Shown: positions 29,805 through 39,020 of the stretch, piece by piece
Layout of the letters: every line of letters starts with the position of its first letter
Numbering within the stretch: the stretch's first letter is position 1
Assembly: GCA_944391395.1 (NCBI GenBank)
Contig: CALXTI010000002.1
Span: 108,163-172,162, forward strand
Direction of reading: 5' to 3'
Length of the DNA stretch: 64,000 nucleotides
Source of the DNA: an uncultured Alphaproteobacteria bacterium
GTDB taxonomy: Bacteria > Pseudomonadota > Alphaproteobacteria > RF32 > CAG-239
Notes under the pieces: generated by a model
Databases searched by the model: none
What the model was told of the DNA's origin: nothing
The model's input: the letters and a program-made list of their open reading frames with translations, nothing else
Program-made: the position numbers and the translations under genes

Positions 29805-31322
29805 ATGGCAGTCAAAGGCAGTAAGTACGCGCGCAAGCAGCAAGAAACGAACGAGGCAACCGAACACGCCTCATCGAAATTTTCTTTTTTGGAAGACGGA
29901 AAATTTTTAGAAGTCATTTATGAAGATGCCGGTTTTTTGAATATTTTTAATAATCTTTCTTTGCCGGAACAAATCAAAGCTTATCGGATTTTGAAACGCT
30001 TGGCGCTCAGCCGCGACGAGACGGGTCTTTCGGATACGGATAAGGCGTTGGCTGAAAATTCCCGACATAAAATCGAGGCCATCAACAAAGCGGCCGGATT
30101 GAAAATCGAAGAAAAACAACATTATCCTTTGAGTGCCGATGAATTGCATATTATCCGTATGGATTGTTACGGCGCCATTGATGCAAGACCGCGTCATCAA
30201 CTAAGCCGCTTTTATAAAGACATTATCTCTCATCCGTTGCCGCAAAAATGTTCTTTACAGGATTATGATTTTGACAGCGCGCCGAGTTGGCAGCTTTTCA
30301 GGCAATTTGCCGGTTTCCGTAAAATCGAACCTGTGTTGAAACGGTATCTGTATCAACAACGTGTTGATCCGCAAATATTACCTCTTATGGGCGTGCGGGA
30401 TTTTTCGGATTTGATTTTCAGAAGTTTTCGCAGCGATGAGAACCAAACAAAGGTGTTTTTGTCGGGCAAAGGAACGCCTAGAAACAACTTTGTCAAGGCG
30501 TTGGCTCATAAATTCGGCAAACAAATCGCGGATATTGTGCGCAATGACGGGCAGGACGAGCGTTATGTGCAATCGTTGTTGAATGCCATGCGTATGTATG
30601 GCAAGACCGATGCCGAAAAACTCATCATCACCGAAACGCATTTTACGCCGCGGGTTTTACAAGATTTGCAAAACAACGGCATCAATGTTGAAAATTATAA
30701 GCCCGGCGCAAAAATTCCGCAAAATCTGATTGAAAATTTGTTTAAAGCCGATAAAGGGGCTTTGCTTGTTGCAAGAGATGAAAACGGGGTTACGTTGAAA
30801 GGAAAAGATTTTCCGTCTTTTGAGGTTCATCATATCAATGCGGTTGCTGAAAGCGGGCGTTTGGCCAATATCGTTTCGGTCAATTATCGCAACAATTATT
30901 TGTTGGTGCCGACGGATATGCATCGGCATGTTTTTCACGGTTTTGATGAATTAATTGTTTCCGGCAGAAAAGAGGCGTACAGCCGCCGTTTGGAACTGAC
31001 GAACCCGAAAATCACCTTCATGTATGGTTTTGGCAAGGACAAACAAATTGAATATGACTGGAGCCAGTTGAAAAGTTTCCGCAAACAAATGGAAGAAGAC
31101 AGCCGTTATATCGTTTCTTACGAAGATATGATGACGCAACTGGCGGATAATCGTCAACATTATCTCGACAACAGCAAATCGGTAGAATTTGATATTGACA
31201 ATGTGGTGCAAATCATACGTCATAAAAAATCTCTGGAAGCTTTGCGCCATAAGAAAAAACACAGTCAAATTCCCGGAAGCGTCGCAAAATTATTAAAAGA
31301 GCAAAAGAACAGAAACAAATGA
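29805..31322 (+). CDS. Hypothetical cytoplasmic protein with HNH-like (beta-beta-alpha-Me) motif
   Basis: 505 aa, no signal peptide. Residues ~340-380, FEVHHINAVAESGRLANIVSVNYRNNYLLVPTDMHRHVFH, fit the HH-N-H..H HNH spacing. The first ~330 aa are not recognisable. The stop TGA overlaps the next ATG (ATGA). Confidence 0.45.
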   Translation: MAVKGSKYARKQQETNEATEHASSKFSFLEDGKFLEVIYEDAGFLNIFNNLSLPEQIKAYRILKRLALSRDETGLSDTDKALAENSRHKIEAINKAAGLKIEEKQHYPLSADELHIIRMDCYGAIDARPRHQLSRFYKDIISHPLPQKCSLQDYDFDSAPSWQLFRQFAGFRKIEPVLKRYLYQQRVDPQILPLMGVRDFSDLIFRSFRSDENQTKVFLSGKGTPRNNFVKALAHKFGKQIADIVRNDGQDERYVQSLLNAMRMYGKTDAEKLIITETHFTPRVLQDLQNNGINVENYKPGAKIPQNLIENLFKADKGALLVARDENGVTLKGKDFPSFEVHHINAVAESGRLANIVSVNYRNNYLLVPTDMHRHVFHGFDELIVSGRKEAYSRRLELTNPKITFMYGFGKDKQIEYDWSQLKSFRKQMEEDSRYIVSYEDMMTQLADNRQHYLDNSKSVEFDIDNVVQIIRHKKSLEALRHKKKHSQIPGSVAKLLKEQKNRNK

Positions 31323-31741
31323 TGAAACAATTTTTAAATTTTTTGGCACAAAGTAAATATGTCGAGCTTGAAAAACCACTGGAAATTAAAGATGTGATTC
31401 AAGCGCAAAAAGAACTTGTGCGTGAAGGTTTTCCTTTTTTACCGACGGACTTTTTGGAATTTTTACGTCATTACAACGGGGTTAAAGCTGTCGATTCGGC
31501 GATTTTAGGCATTCCGCCTTTGCGTCATCCGGATTTGGATATTAAAGCTTTTAATCAGGAGTTTAACACGGTTTCCGATAAAGTAATTCTGGGGTATGAT
31601 GATTTCGGCTTTTTAATTTACGATGCGCAAAATAAACTCTATCAACTGGTTGACAGAGGCGGGGTTATGGTGCTAGAAGAATTTGCAGATGATGAATTGG
31701 GCTATGCCCTGAACTCGGTTTTGCATGTCGATGAAGAATAA
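31319..31741 (+). CDS. SMI1/KNR4 (SUKH-1)-like immunity-type protein
   Basis: 140 aa; IQAQKELVREGFPFLPTDFLEFLRHYNGV...ILGI...GYDDFGFLIYD resembles the SUKH-1 signature; acidic C-terminus. Overlaps tsaC by 17 nt. Confidence 0.5.
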   Translation: MMKQFLNFLAQSKYVELEKPLEIKDVIQAQKELVREGFPFLPTDFLEFLRHYNGVKAVDSAILGIPPLRHPDLDIKAFNQEFNTVSDKVILGYDDFGFLIYDAQNKLYQLVDRGGVMVLEEFADDELGYALNSVLHVDEE

Positions 31742-32681
31742 TATATATCAAAATAGCGAAGAAAATATTAAAAGAGCCGCCGAAGTGATTAAAAACGGCG
31801 GTTTGGTCGCTTTCCCGACCGAAACGGTTTACGGTTTGGGCGCTGATGTTTACAACGCCAAAGCGGTGGCGTCCATATATGCCGCCAAAGGACGCCCGGC
31901 GTTTAATCCGCTGATTTCACATATTGCTGAAAAAGATTTTTTGAAAGAATATGCCGCCGTGGATGAAAGAGTTTTGGCGCTTGCCGATAAATTTTGGCCA
32001 GGACCTTTGACTTTTGTTTTAAACCGCATGGAGGAGAATCCGGCGTTGGATTTGGCTTGCGCCGGCTTAAGAACGGTAACGGTGCGGATGCCCGCTCATC
32101 CGACGGCGTTGGCGTTGATTAAAAAAAGCGGCGTGCCGATTGTGGCGCCTTCGGCCAACCGGTCGCAGACCATCAGTCCGACAACAGCTTTTCATGTTGC
32201 CGACAGTTTGGGCGATAAAGTTGATATGATTTTGGACGGCGGACAATGTCGGGTAGGGGTGGAATCCACCATTATTGATATTACCGGCAAAAATGTTGTT
32301 TTGTTGCGCGCCGGCGGTGTCGCTTTGGAGGATTTGGAGGAGTTTTTGGGCGAAAAAGTGTTGATTTCGCATGGCAATCCCGATTTGCCGACTTCGCCCG
32401 GACAGATGCTTAAACATTATGCACCGAGTCATGATTTCCGGATTAACGCTTTATCGCGCGAAGACGGTGAGTTTTTTATCGGTTTCGGCGCTGTAACGGA
32501 TTGCGATTTGAATTTGAGTCCTTCCGGAGATTTGTGTGAGGCCGCCGCCAACTTGTTTGCCTATATGCGCTTGGCGGATGCCGATAAAAATCATGATAAA
32601 ATCGCTATGTCGCCCATTCCCGAAATCGGTTTGGGGCTGGCTATCAATGATCGTATTCGGCGCGCTGCTTATAAAAAATAA
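31725..32681 (+). CDS. tsaC: L-threonylcarbamoyladenylate synthase (Sua5-type, t6A pathway)
   Basis: 318 aa; GGLVAFPTETVYGLGADVYNAKAVASIYAAKGRPAFNPLISHI, APSANRS, plus a C-terminal Sua5 domain (GVESTIID...LLRAGG). Confidence 0.9.
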   Translation: MSMKNNIYQNSEENIKRAAEVIKNGGLVAFPTETVYGLGADVYNAKAVASIYAAKGRPAFNPLISHIAEKDFLKEYAAVDERVLALADKFWPGPLTFVLNRMEENPALDLACAGLRTVTVRMPAHPTALALIKKSGVPIVAPSANRSQTISPTTAFHVADSLGDKVDMILDGGQCRVGVESTIIDITGKNVVLLRAGGVALEDLEEFLGEKVLISHGNPDLPTSPGQMLKHYAPSHDFRINALSREDGEFFIGFGAVTDCDLNLSPSGDLCEAAANLFAYMRLADADKNHDKIAMSPIPEIGLGLAINDRIRRAAYKK

Positions 32682-32748
32682 TATCCCGTTGACTTTTGAA
32701 ATTTAAGGGTTAAGATTCTTGCAGATTTTGTAAAGAAAGGAGATTATC

Positions 32749-33585
32749 ATGGTTGAAAACAAGAAAAAATGCACTTGCGGAGCAGATTGTAAATGCGGTT
32801 GTCGGGAAGGGAAACCTTGCACTTGCGGCGATAAATGCGGCTGCGGTGAGGAAAAATGCTCTTGCCGCAAAGGCAAAAAAATTGCAAGCGCCGGTTTGTT
32901 GGCTCTGGGTTTGGTGTTGGGCGGATTTTTCCCGGGCTTTTATTACTATCATGCCAAAATGGACGCCAACAGCGTGGTGGTCAAAGGTTTGTCGGAAATG
33001 GATGTTAAAGCCGATGTCGCTATTTGGAACATTAAATATGTCGTAACCGGAAACGATGTTTTGGTTGCGCAAAAAGAAATGAACCGTCAGACCGAAGTGG
33101 TTAAAGATTTTCTTGTCAAAAACGGCGTTTTGCCGGAAGAAATCAGCGTCGGTCGCTTGGAAACCAACGATTTGATGGCAAACCCGTATCGCACGAACAA
33201 TGACAATGACATCCGTTTTATCTTGACGCAAAACGTAACGGTTAAATCGGAAAATGTTGACAATATCGCCGCGGTCTTGAACAAGTCGGGTGATTTGGTC
33301 GCCAAAGGGGTGATTTTTAATCAGGATTATGCTTATCCGGTGTCATATTTGTTCACCGGTTTGAATGATATCAAACCGCAAATGCTGGCCGAAGCCACGC
33401 AAAACGCCAAACAAGCCGCTGAAGAATTTGCCAAAAATTCCGGCAGTAAGGTCGGTAAAATCCGCCATGCAAATCAAGGCGTTTTTTCCATTTTGCCGCG
33501 TGAACAAAGCGCATACACTTCGGAAGTGCAGCAAATCGAGAAAAAAGTTCGCGTTGTTTCCACGATTGAATACTGGCTGGAATAA
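32749..33585 (+). CDS. SIMPL-domain (DUF541, YggE/BP26-like) protein with metallothionein-like Cys-rich N-terminus
   Basis: 278 aa; residues 1-40 carry 11 Cys as CxC/CxxxC (KCTCGADCKCGCREGKPCTCGDKCGCGEEKCSCRKG). One TM follows (AGLLALGLVLGGFFPGFYYY), then a SIMPL-like body (VVVKGLSEMDVKADVAIWNI...AEATQNAKQAAEEFAKNSGSKVGKI). Confidence 0.7.
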   Translation: MVENKKKCTCGADCKCGCREGKPCTCGDKCGCGEEKCSCRKGKKIASAGLLALGLVLGGFFPGFYYYHAKMDANSVVVKGLSEMDVKADVAIWNIKYVVTGNDVLVAQKEMNRQTEVVKDFLVKNGVLPEEISVGRLETNDLMANPYRTNNDNDIRFILTQNVTVKSENVDNIAAVLNKSGDLVAKGVIFNQDYAYPVSYLFTGLNDIKPQMLAEATQNAKQAAEEFAKNSGSKVGKIRHANQGVFSILPREQSAYTSEVQQIEKKVRVVSTIEYWLE

Positions 33586-33611
33586 ATCAATCCATATGCC
33601 GCACAAATTAA

Positions 33612-33640
33612 GCCGCCGGTTATTTAAGGCGGTTTTTTTT
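33612..33640 (+). terminator. Rho-independent terminator
   Basis: ccgcc/ggcgg stem followed by T8. Confidence 0.7.
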
Positions 33641-33711
33641 GTAATCTGAAACGAGGCATGAGCAATTCCTAAGCCTTTTATGTTTATCAAAAATTTGATA
33701 GAAACATTATC

Positions 33712-33739
33712 TTGACAAAATTATTGTAAAATATAATAT
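33712..33739 (+). promoter_or_regulatory. Sigma70-like promoter
   Basis: TTGACA (33712-33717), 16-nt spacer, TAATAT (33734-33739), ~30 nt upstream of the 33768 ATG. Confidence 0.45.
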
Positions 33740-33767
33740 GATTATAAACTAAAAAATTATTTGCACT

Positions 33768-34271
33768 ATGAATAGTTATTATCTCAGCGAGCTTAACAGT
33801 TTCGCCAATGCATTACAAACCGGTAGAGAACTTTGGGAAGTATCCTTTAACCGGTGGCTGCGTAAACAAATTCGGGAAATTGGGCAGGTGGAAGCAACAA
33901 AGTATGTTATGTCTTATGATTCCGCCGAACCCATGGATTTGGATGCCTTCGACCGTGCCGCGGCATCTTTTAACGGAAACATTCTTTCCGCGCTTGAAAT
34001 GGCCGTATCAAAAGTACGACCGGGATTGAGAGATTCGTTTGTTGTGGATTATGAGGCTTATAAAACCGCCCGCACCAGACTTGCACGTTTGCAAAAACAA
34101 AGTTTTTGTTTTTGTCTGAAGTACCGAAAGACAATACGTGAAGCCAAACAACAATGCAAGACTCTTGATAAAGAGTTTGGCTTAGGCGAATTGCTTGAAA
34201 TTGCCTGCAGTTTTTATGTCGAGCAGGGGTTGGGCAGCGCCGATGCCGCCAGAAATTATTTTTTGGGCTGA
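33768..34271 (+). CDS. Hypothetical protein (monocistronic)
   Basis: 167 aa, predicted helical, no family recognised; has its own promoter and terminator. Confidence 0.5.
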   Translation: MNSYYLSELNSFANALQTGRELWEVSFNRWLRKQIREIGQVEATKYVMSYDSAEPMDLDAFDRAAASFNGNILSALEMAVSKVRPGLRDSFVVDYEAYKTARTRLARLQKQSFCFCLKYRKTIREAKQQCKTLDKEFGLGELLEIACSFYVEQGLGSADAARNYFLG

Positions 34272-34272
34272 C

Positions 34273-34299
34273 AAAAAGAGGTGATTTTCACCTCTTTTT
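34273..34299 (+). terminator. Rho-independent terminator
   Basis: aaaaagaggtg-atttt-cacctcttttt. Confidence 0.85.
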
Positions 34300-34429
34300 G
34301 TTTTATAGCCTGTCGGAATAATAACCAATCTGCGTAAGCTTTATGTGGATAGATGTGGAGAAAAACTTGTTATCAGAGGCTATTGCGGCAATAATATAAA
34401 AAAATTGAATAAAATAAAGGCATAGCATA

Positions 34430-36427
34430 ATGTATAACCGTCATTTCAGGGCTCCCCTGACGTTTGAAGCCGGCAAATTTTTTCGCGGACGAAAAGATTC
34501 CGACAAATTCAAAATTTCAGCGTTGGTCATTGGTACGATTTTAAAAATTATTTATGTTTTTACCCTTATGGCCATTGATTTGGTGCTGTTTACCGATTCC
34601 GGAAATTTAAATATTTACGGTGGGGAATACTTTTTATCTTCCGAATTGCTCTGGCCGTTGGGAATCTTGCTTGTTATCACAACCCTTATCATGATTATCG
34701 CTTCTTTTTTGCGCTGGGCGCAAAATATTCTCTGCGCTTTGATGACGTGTTGGTTTGTTGTTGTTTTGTTTAATCAGTTCGCACAATTTGACTATAACAG
34801 TTTTTTGGGCGATTATCTGAAATCTTTTTTGGGTTCGGCGGTTCCCGGGTTTTTGTATAATCATTCGTCCGTAATTGTTGCCTGCTTTTTATCATTGTTG
34901 GTCTTGTGGTTTTTATTCTGTACAAATCTGATATTTTTAACGATTTATGTTTTGTTGTTTGTTATCGCTTTTGTCGGAATCCTGCGTTACGGGTTTAATA
35001 ACGCCGGCGAACAGCATGATTTTATTGAATTATATCAATCTCAACTTAAAAACAATGCAGACAATCATGGTGAAAAATTTGTATATATCATGCTGCCCAA
35101 TCTGCCGTCATATAAATATTTTAATATGCTGGCGACACAAGACGCCAAGCGGGTGGAGCAATTAATGACGGGCTTTTACGCCAAAAACAATTTTGAGGTT
35201 TTCGGCAACGCTTATACCAAAGATGACAGTTACTTTATGAATATGGTGCGTTCGGTTAATTTGTTCAGCGACGACGCGCCGCAAAATCATGTCATGGATA
35301 CCATGATGATTTACAAATATTGGAAATTTTTTAATGTCAACGATGAGTACGTCTTTTTAAAAGATAATCAGATGTTTGATACGTTCCGTAAAGCCGGATA
35401 CAAAATTTCGGCCTACAAATCACGCGGGTTTGATTTGTGTCATAAAAAACATATGTTTAATGTCGATCGTTGCACCGAAAAGTTAAATCGTCCGATTAAT
35501 TTGTACAGCATGAACATGAGCCCGCTTGAACGTTCGCAGATGCTTTTGCTTGAATGGCTTTCGAGTATGAAACTGTTCAGCGATATGTCGAGCGTTTATC
35601 AAGCGTTGCGGATTTTTGGAGAACCGCAAAACATGCCCTTGGTCGGTATCAACTACAACAATTTGTATGTCATCAATTCAATCAAAACCTTTAATGTTTT
35701 GGCCGATAACATTATTGCCGACAAAGGTCGACAGGCTTATTTCGTGTATGCCGACATTCCGTCTGATATGTTTATTTATGATGAATTTTGCCAGATTAAA
35801 CCACGTCATGAATGGATTAATATGGAAAACATGCCATGGGTAAAAGTCGACAATACGGTCTTAAAACAAAGAGCCTACTATGACCAGACAAAATGTTTGT
35901 TTGGTAAACTGCAAGAGTTTATTGACCGTTTGGCTGACGAAAATCTGCTTGAAAAATCGGTTGTTATTGTTGAGGGCATGTCCAGCGTCAATAATTTCCG
36001 TAACAAGCCTTATGATGACTTCGTGGATGATTTTGTTTATGATAAACTGGTTACTTTGGCCGTCAAATCTCCTATCAAACATACAAATGTTTTCAATAAT
36101 ATAATCTGTGAATCAGACAGCATTGTTCGCCATTATTTGTATAAAGATAAAAATTGCGAAGGTTTGGCGGGGATTAATATTCATCAAAGCTTAAAAGACA
36201 ATCTGCTCAATAAACTGGCAGAACTTGATGTTACAAAAAAACAAGCCGAAAACAATGTGGAAGCCTTTAACGACTGGTATGCCAGTTGGTATGCCATTAA
36301 CCACATGAAGCTTTTGGAACCGGTTGATGTGGTTAAAAAAGATCATCAAGCCGAGCAAATCAAAACAAATGCGGATGATGCGCCGGATTTACAAAACGAA
36401 ACATTGCAAATCAAGGATGCGCAATGA
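34430..36427 (+). CDS. Polytopic membrane protein with sulfatase/phosphoethanolamine-transferase-like periplasmic domain (motifs look degenerate)
   Basis: 665 aa; ~5-6 N-terminal TM helices, then a large soluble domain. Blocks colinear with EptA-type landmarks: FVYIMLPNLPSY (canonical GES position), MFDTFRKAGYKISAYKS, YFVYADIPSDMFIYDEF (canonical H..GSHGP.Y), YYDQTKCLFGKL (canonical YDN..LYTD) and SVVIVEGMSSV (canonical SDHGE). By-eye alignment only. The stop overlaps the yejE start. Confidence 0.5.
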   Translation: MYNRHFRAPLTFEAGKFFRGRKDSDKFKISALVIGTILKIIYVFTLMAIDLVLFTDSGNLNIYGGEYFLSSELLWPLGILLVITTLIMIIASFLRWAQNILCALMTCWFVVVLFNQFAQFDYNSFLGDYLKSFLGSAVPGFLYNHSSVIVACFLSLLVLWFLFCTNLIFLTIYVLLFVIAFVGILRYGFNNAGEQHDFIELYQSQLKNNADNHGEKFVYIMLPNLPSYKYFNMLATQDAKRVEQLMTGFYAKNNFEVFGNAYTKDDSYFMNMVRSVNLFSDDAPQNHVMDTMMIYKYWKFFNVNDEYVFLKDNQMFDTFRKAGYKISAYKSRGFDLCHKKHMFNVDRCTEKLNRPINLYSMNMSPLERSQMLLLEWLSSMKLFSDMSSVYQALRIFGEPQNMPLVGINYNNLYVINSIKTFNVLADNIIADKGRQAYFVYADIPSDMFIYDEFCQIKPRHEWINMENMPWVKVDNTVLKQRAYYDQTKCLFGKLQEFIDRLADENLLEKSVVIVEGMSSVNNFRNKPYDDFVDDFVYDKLVTLAVKSPIKHTNVFNNIICESDSIVRHYLYKDKNCEGLAGINIHQSLKDNLLNKLAELDVTKKQAENNVEAFNDWYASWYAINHMKLLEPVDVVKKDHQAEQIKTNADDAPDLQNETLQIKDAQ

Positions 36428-37440
36428 ATCCGGCGTGGAAAAACAAATGGCTGAATTTCAAAAAGAATCGCCGCGCCATGATTGCCGCCGTTGTTTTTTT
36501 GATTGTCTTTGTTGTTTCTTTATTTTCGGAGCTTCTGGCCAACGACAAACCGCTTATCGTAAAATATAAAGGTGAATTTTATTTTCCGATATTCAAAAGT
36601 TATACGGATAAATTCTGGGGCGGCGATTTTCCGACGCCGGCGGATTATAAAGACCCGTATGTCATTCAAAATATTCAGCGGGAGGGCTGGATGATTATGC
36701 CTCCCATACCGTTTTCATATAATACGGTGGATTATGAAATAGATGCACCGGCACCGTCGGCGCCAGATAAACGCCATTGGCTCGGTACCGATGATGAGGG
36801 CAGGGATATCGTGGCCAGAATATTATACGGCATTCGTTTATCGGTTGTGTTTGCTTTTCTTTTGACATTGTTCTCATCGACCGTCGGAATAGTCATCGGG
36901 GCGGTTCAGGGGTATTTCGGCGGAAAAACAGACATCATTTTGCAGCGCTTTATAGAAATTTGGGAATCTTTGCCGCAGTTGTTTATTCTGATTATTGTCG
37001 CCAGTGTCTTTTTGCCGACGTTTTGGACGATTTTGCTGATTTTGATGTTGTTCTCATGGACATCGTTGACCACCATGGTGCGCGCCGAGTTTTTACGAAC
37101 CCGCAATTTTGAATATGTTATGGCGGCAAAAGCTTTGGGTGTTGGCAATTTCAGAATTATTTTCCGCCATATTCTGCCCAATGCTTTGGTAACCAGCATC
37201 ACCTTTATTCCGTTTATTCTGTCGGAATCCATCGTGGCGTTGACCTCGTTGGATTTTCTCGGGCTGGGTTTGTCCGGCGAATATCCGTCTTTGGGTGATT
37301 TGGTGCGTCAGGGAAAGGACAATTTGCAGGCTCCCTGGATTGGGATAACGATCTTTATTGTCTTGTCCGGTTTGCTTACCATGCTTATTTTTATCGGCGA
37401 AGGGGTGCGTGATGCTTTTGACACGAGGAAAAGCCGATGA
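36424..37440 (+). CDS. yejE: Oligopeptide/microcin-C-type ABC transporter permease
   Basis: 338 aa; colinear with E. coli YejE (NRRAMIA..., SELLANDKPLIVKYKGEFYFP, HWLGTDDEGRDIVARILYG, BPD_transp_1 core). Confidence 0.85.
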   Translation: MNPAWKNKWLNFKKNRRAMIAAVVFLIVFVVSLFSELLANDKPLIVKYKGEFYFPIFKSYTDKFWGGDFPTPADYKDPYVIQNIQREGWMIMPPIPFSYNTVDYEIDAPAPSAPDKRHWLGTDDEGRDIVARILYGIRLSVVFAFLLTLFSSTVGIVIGAVQGYFGGKTDIILQRFIEIWESLPQLFILIIVASVFLPTFWTILLILMLFSWTSLTTMVRAEFLRTRNFEYVMAAKALGVGNFRIIFRHILPNALVTSITFIPFILSESIVALTSLDFLGLGLSGEYPSLGDLVRQGKDNLQAPWIGITIFIVLSGLLTMLIFIGEGVRDAFDTRKSR

Positions 37441-39014
37441 ATGAAAATTTGCTTGAAGTTAAAAACTTATCGGTTTGTTTTAAAGGCGAAAAAAAAGATT
37501 TTACCGCTGTCGAAAATGTTTCTTTTTCGTTGAAAGCAAAGGAAGTTTTGGGTATTGTCGGTGAAAGCGGTTCGGGCAAATCGGTAACGGCATTATCCAT
37601 ATTGGGATTATTGCCGTATCCCAAGGCCTTTCATAAAAAAACAGCTTCCGTTAAACTTGACGGCATGGAACTTATTGATGCCGAAGAAACAACAATGCGC
37701 TTTGTTCGCGGCGGGAAAATCGGTTTTATATTTCAAGAGCCGATGTCGTCATTAAATCCGTTGCATCGTATCGGCAATCAGATTGCCGAAACAATTTGTC
37801 TTCATCAAAAATTGCCGGTTAAAAAAGCACGGACAAAGGCGCTGCGGCTCTTGAAGACGGTTGGCATCAAAAATCCGGCACGGCGCTATCGGGCTTTCCC
37901 GTTTGAACTTTCCGGCGGACAGCGGCAACGTGTTATGATTGCCATGGCGATTGCAAACAATCCGAAAATTCTGATTGCCGACGAGCCGACGACGGCTCTA
38001 GACGTAACCATTCAGGAACAAATTATCAATCTTCTGTCAGATTTAAAAAAACAACTGGATATGTCAATTATATTTATCAGTCATGACTTGCGTTTAATCC
38101 GACGGATTGCCGACAGAGTGTTGGTTATGTATCAGGGAAAAGTTATCGAACAAGGCGATGTCGCAACAATATTTGCCAACCCGCACGAGAGTTATACTAA
38201 AGCTTTAATAAAATCTTCTTTTCCGTTGAAAACAATAAATAAAATTTCAAAAATTCCCGTTGTGTCGGCGCGGGATATTATGGTTTCATACCCGCTTAAA
38301 AAAACGTTTTGGGGCAAGATTGTGCAAAATATTTATGCGGTTAATCATGTTTCTTTTGATGTGTGCAAGGGACAGACTTTGGGAGTTGTCGGCGAAAGCG
38401 GTTCCGGCAAAACGACATTGGGTCTGGCATTGGCCGGCCTGATTAAATATAATGGGCGTTTTGACTGGCACAAAACATACACCAACAAAGAGTTTCGTCG
38501 GAAAGTGCAAATTGTTTTTCAAGATCCGTATAATTCACTCAATCCACGTTTGAATGTGTTGCAAATCGTGGGTGAGGGTCTGCGGGTGCATTTCCCAAAA
38601 TTATCAAAAAAAGAAGTTGAAAATAAAGTGGCGGAAATGCTCGACAGAGTCGGTCTTGCGGCAAAAGACATGTATAAATATCCGCATGAGTTCTCCGGCG
38701 GACAACGGCAGCGGATTGCCATAGCCCGGGCGCTTATTCTCAAGCCTGAAATCGTCGTGTTGGATGAGCCGACTTCCGCGCTTGATGTTACCGTGCAGGC
38801 GCAGATATTGGAGCTTTTGAAAAAACTGCAACAATATTTCGGTACGGCATATGTTTTTATTTCGCATGACATGCGCGCCGTGAAGGCGGTTGCCGATACC
38901 GTCGCGGTCATGAAAGACGGGCGAATCGTGGAACTAAACAACGTCGATGAAATTTTCGCTCATCCGCAAAACGCTTATACTCAAGCTCTTATAAAAGCTT
39001 CTTTGGCGGAGTAG
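37437..39014 (+). CDS. yejF: ABC transporter ATPase, tandem NBDs
   Basis: 525 aa; two Walker A motifs (GESGSGKS x2), two signature motifs (LSGGQRQR, FSGGQRQR), two Walker B motifs (ILIADEPTTALD, IVVLDEPTSALD). Confidence 0.9.
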   Translation: MNENLLEVKNLSVCFKGEKKDFTAVENVSFSLKAKEVLGIVGESGSGKSVTALSILGLLPYPKAFHKKTASVKLDGMELIDAEETTMRFVRGGKIGFIFQEPMSSLNPLHRIGNQIAETICLHQKLPVKKARTKALRLLKTVGIKNPARRYRAFPFELSGGQRQRVMIAMAIANNPKILIADEPTTALDVTIQEQIINLLSDLKKQLDMSIIFISHDLRLIRRIADRVLVMYQGKVIEQGDVATIFANPHESYTKALIKSSFPLKTINKISKIPVVSARDIMVSYPLKKTFWGKIVQNIYAVNHVSFDVCKGQTLGVVGESGSGKTTLGLALAGLIKYNGRFDWHKTYTNKEFRRKVQIVFQDPYNSLNPRLNVLQIVGEGLRVHFPKLSKKEVENKVAEMLDRVGLAAKDMYKYPHEFSGGQRQRIAIARALILKPEIVVLDEPTSALDVTVQAQILELLKKLQQYFGTAYVFISHDMRAVKAVADTVAVMKDGRIVELNNVDEIFAHPQNAYTQALIKASLAE

Positions 39015-39020
39015 GGTAAT

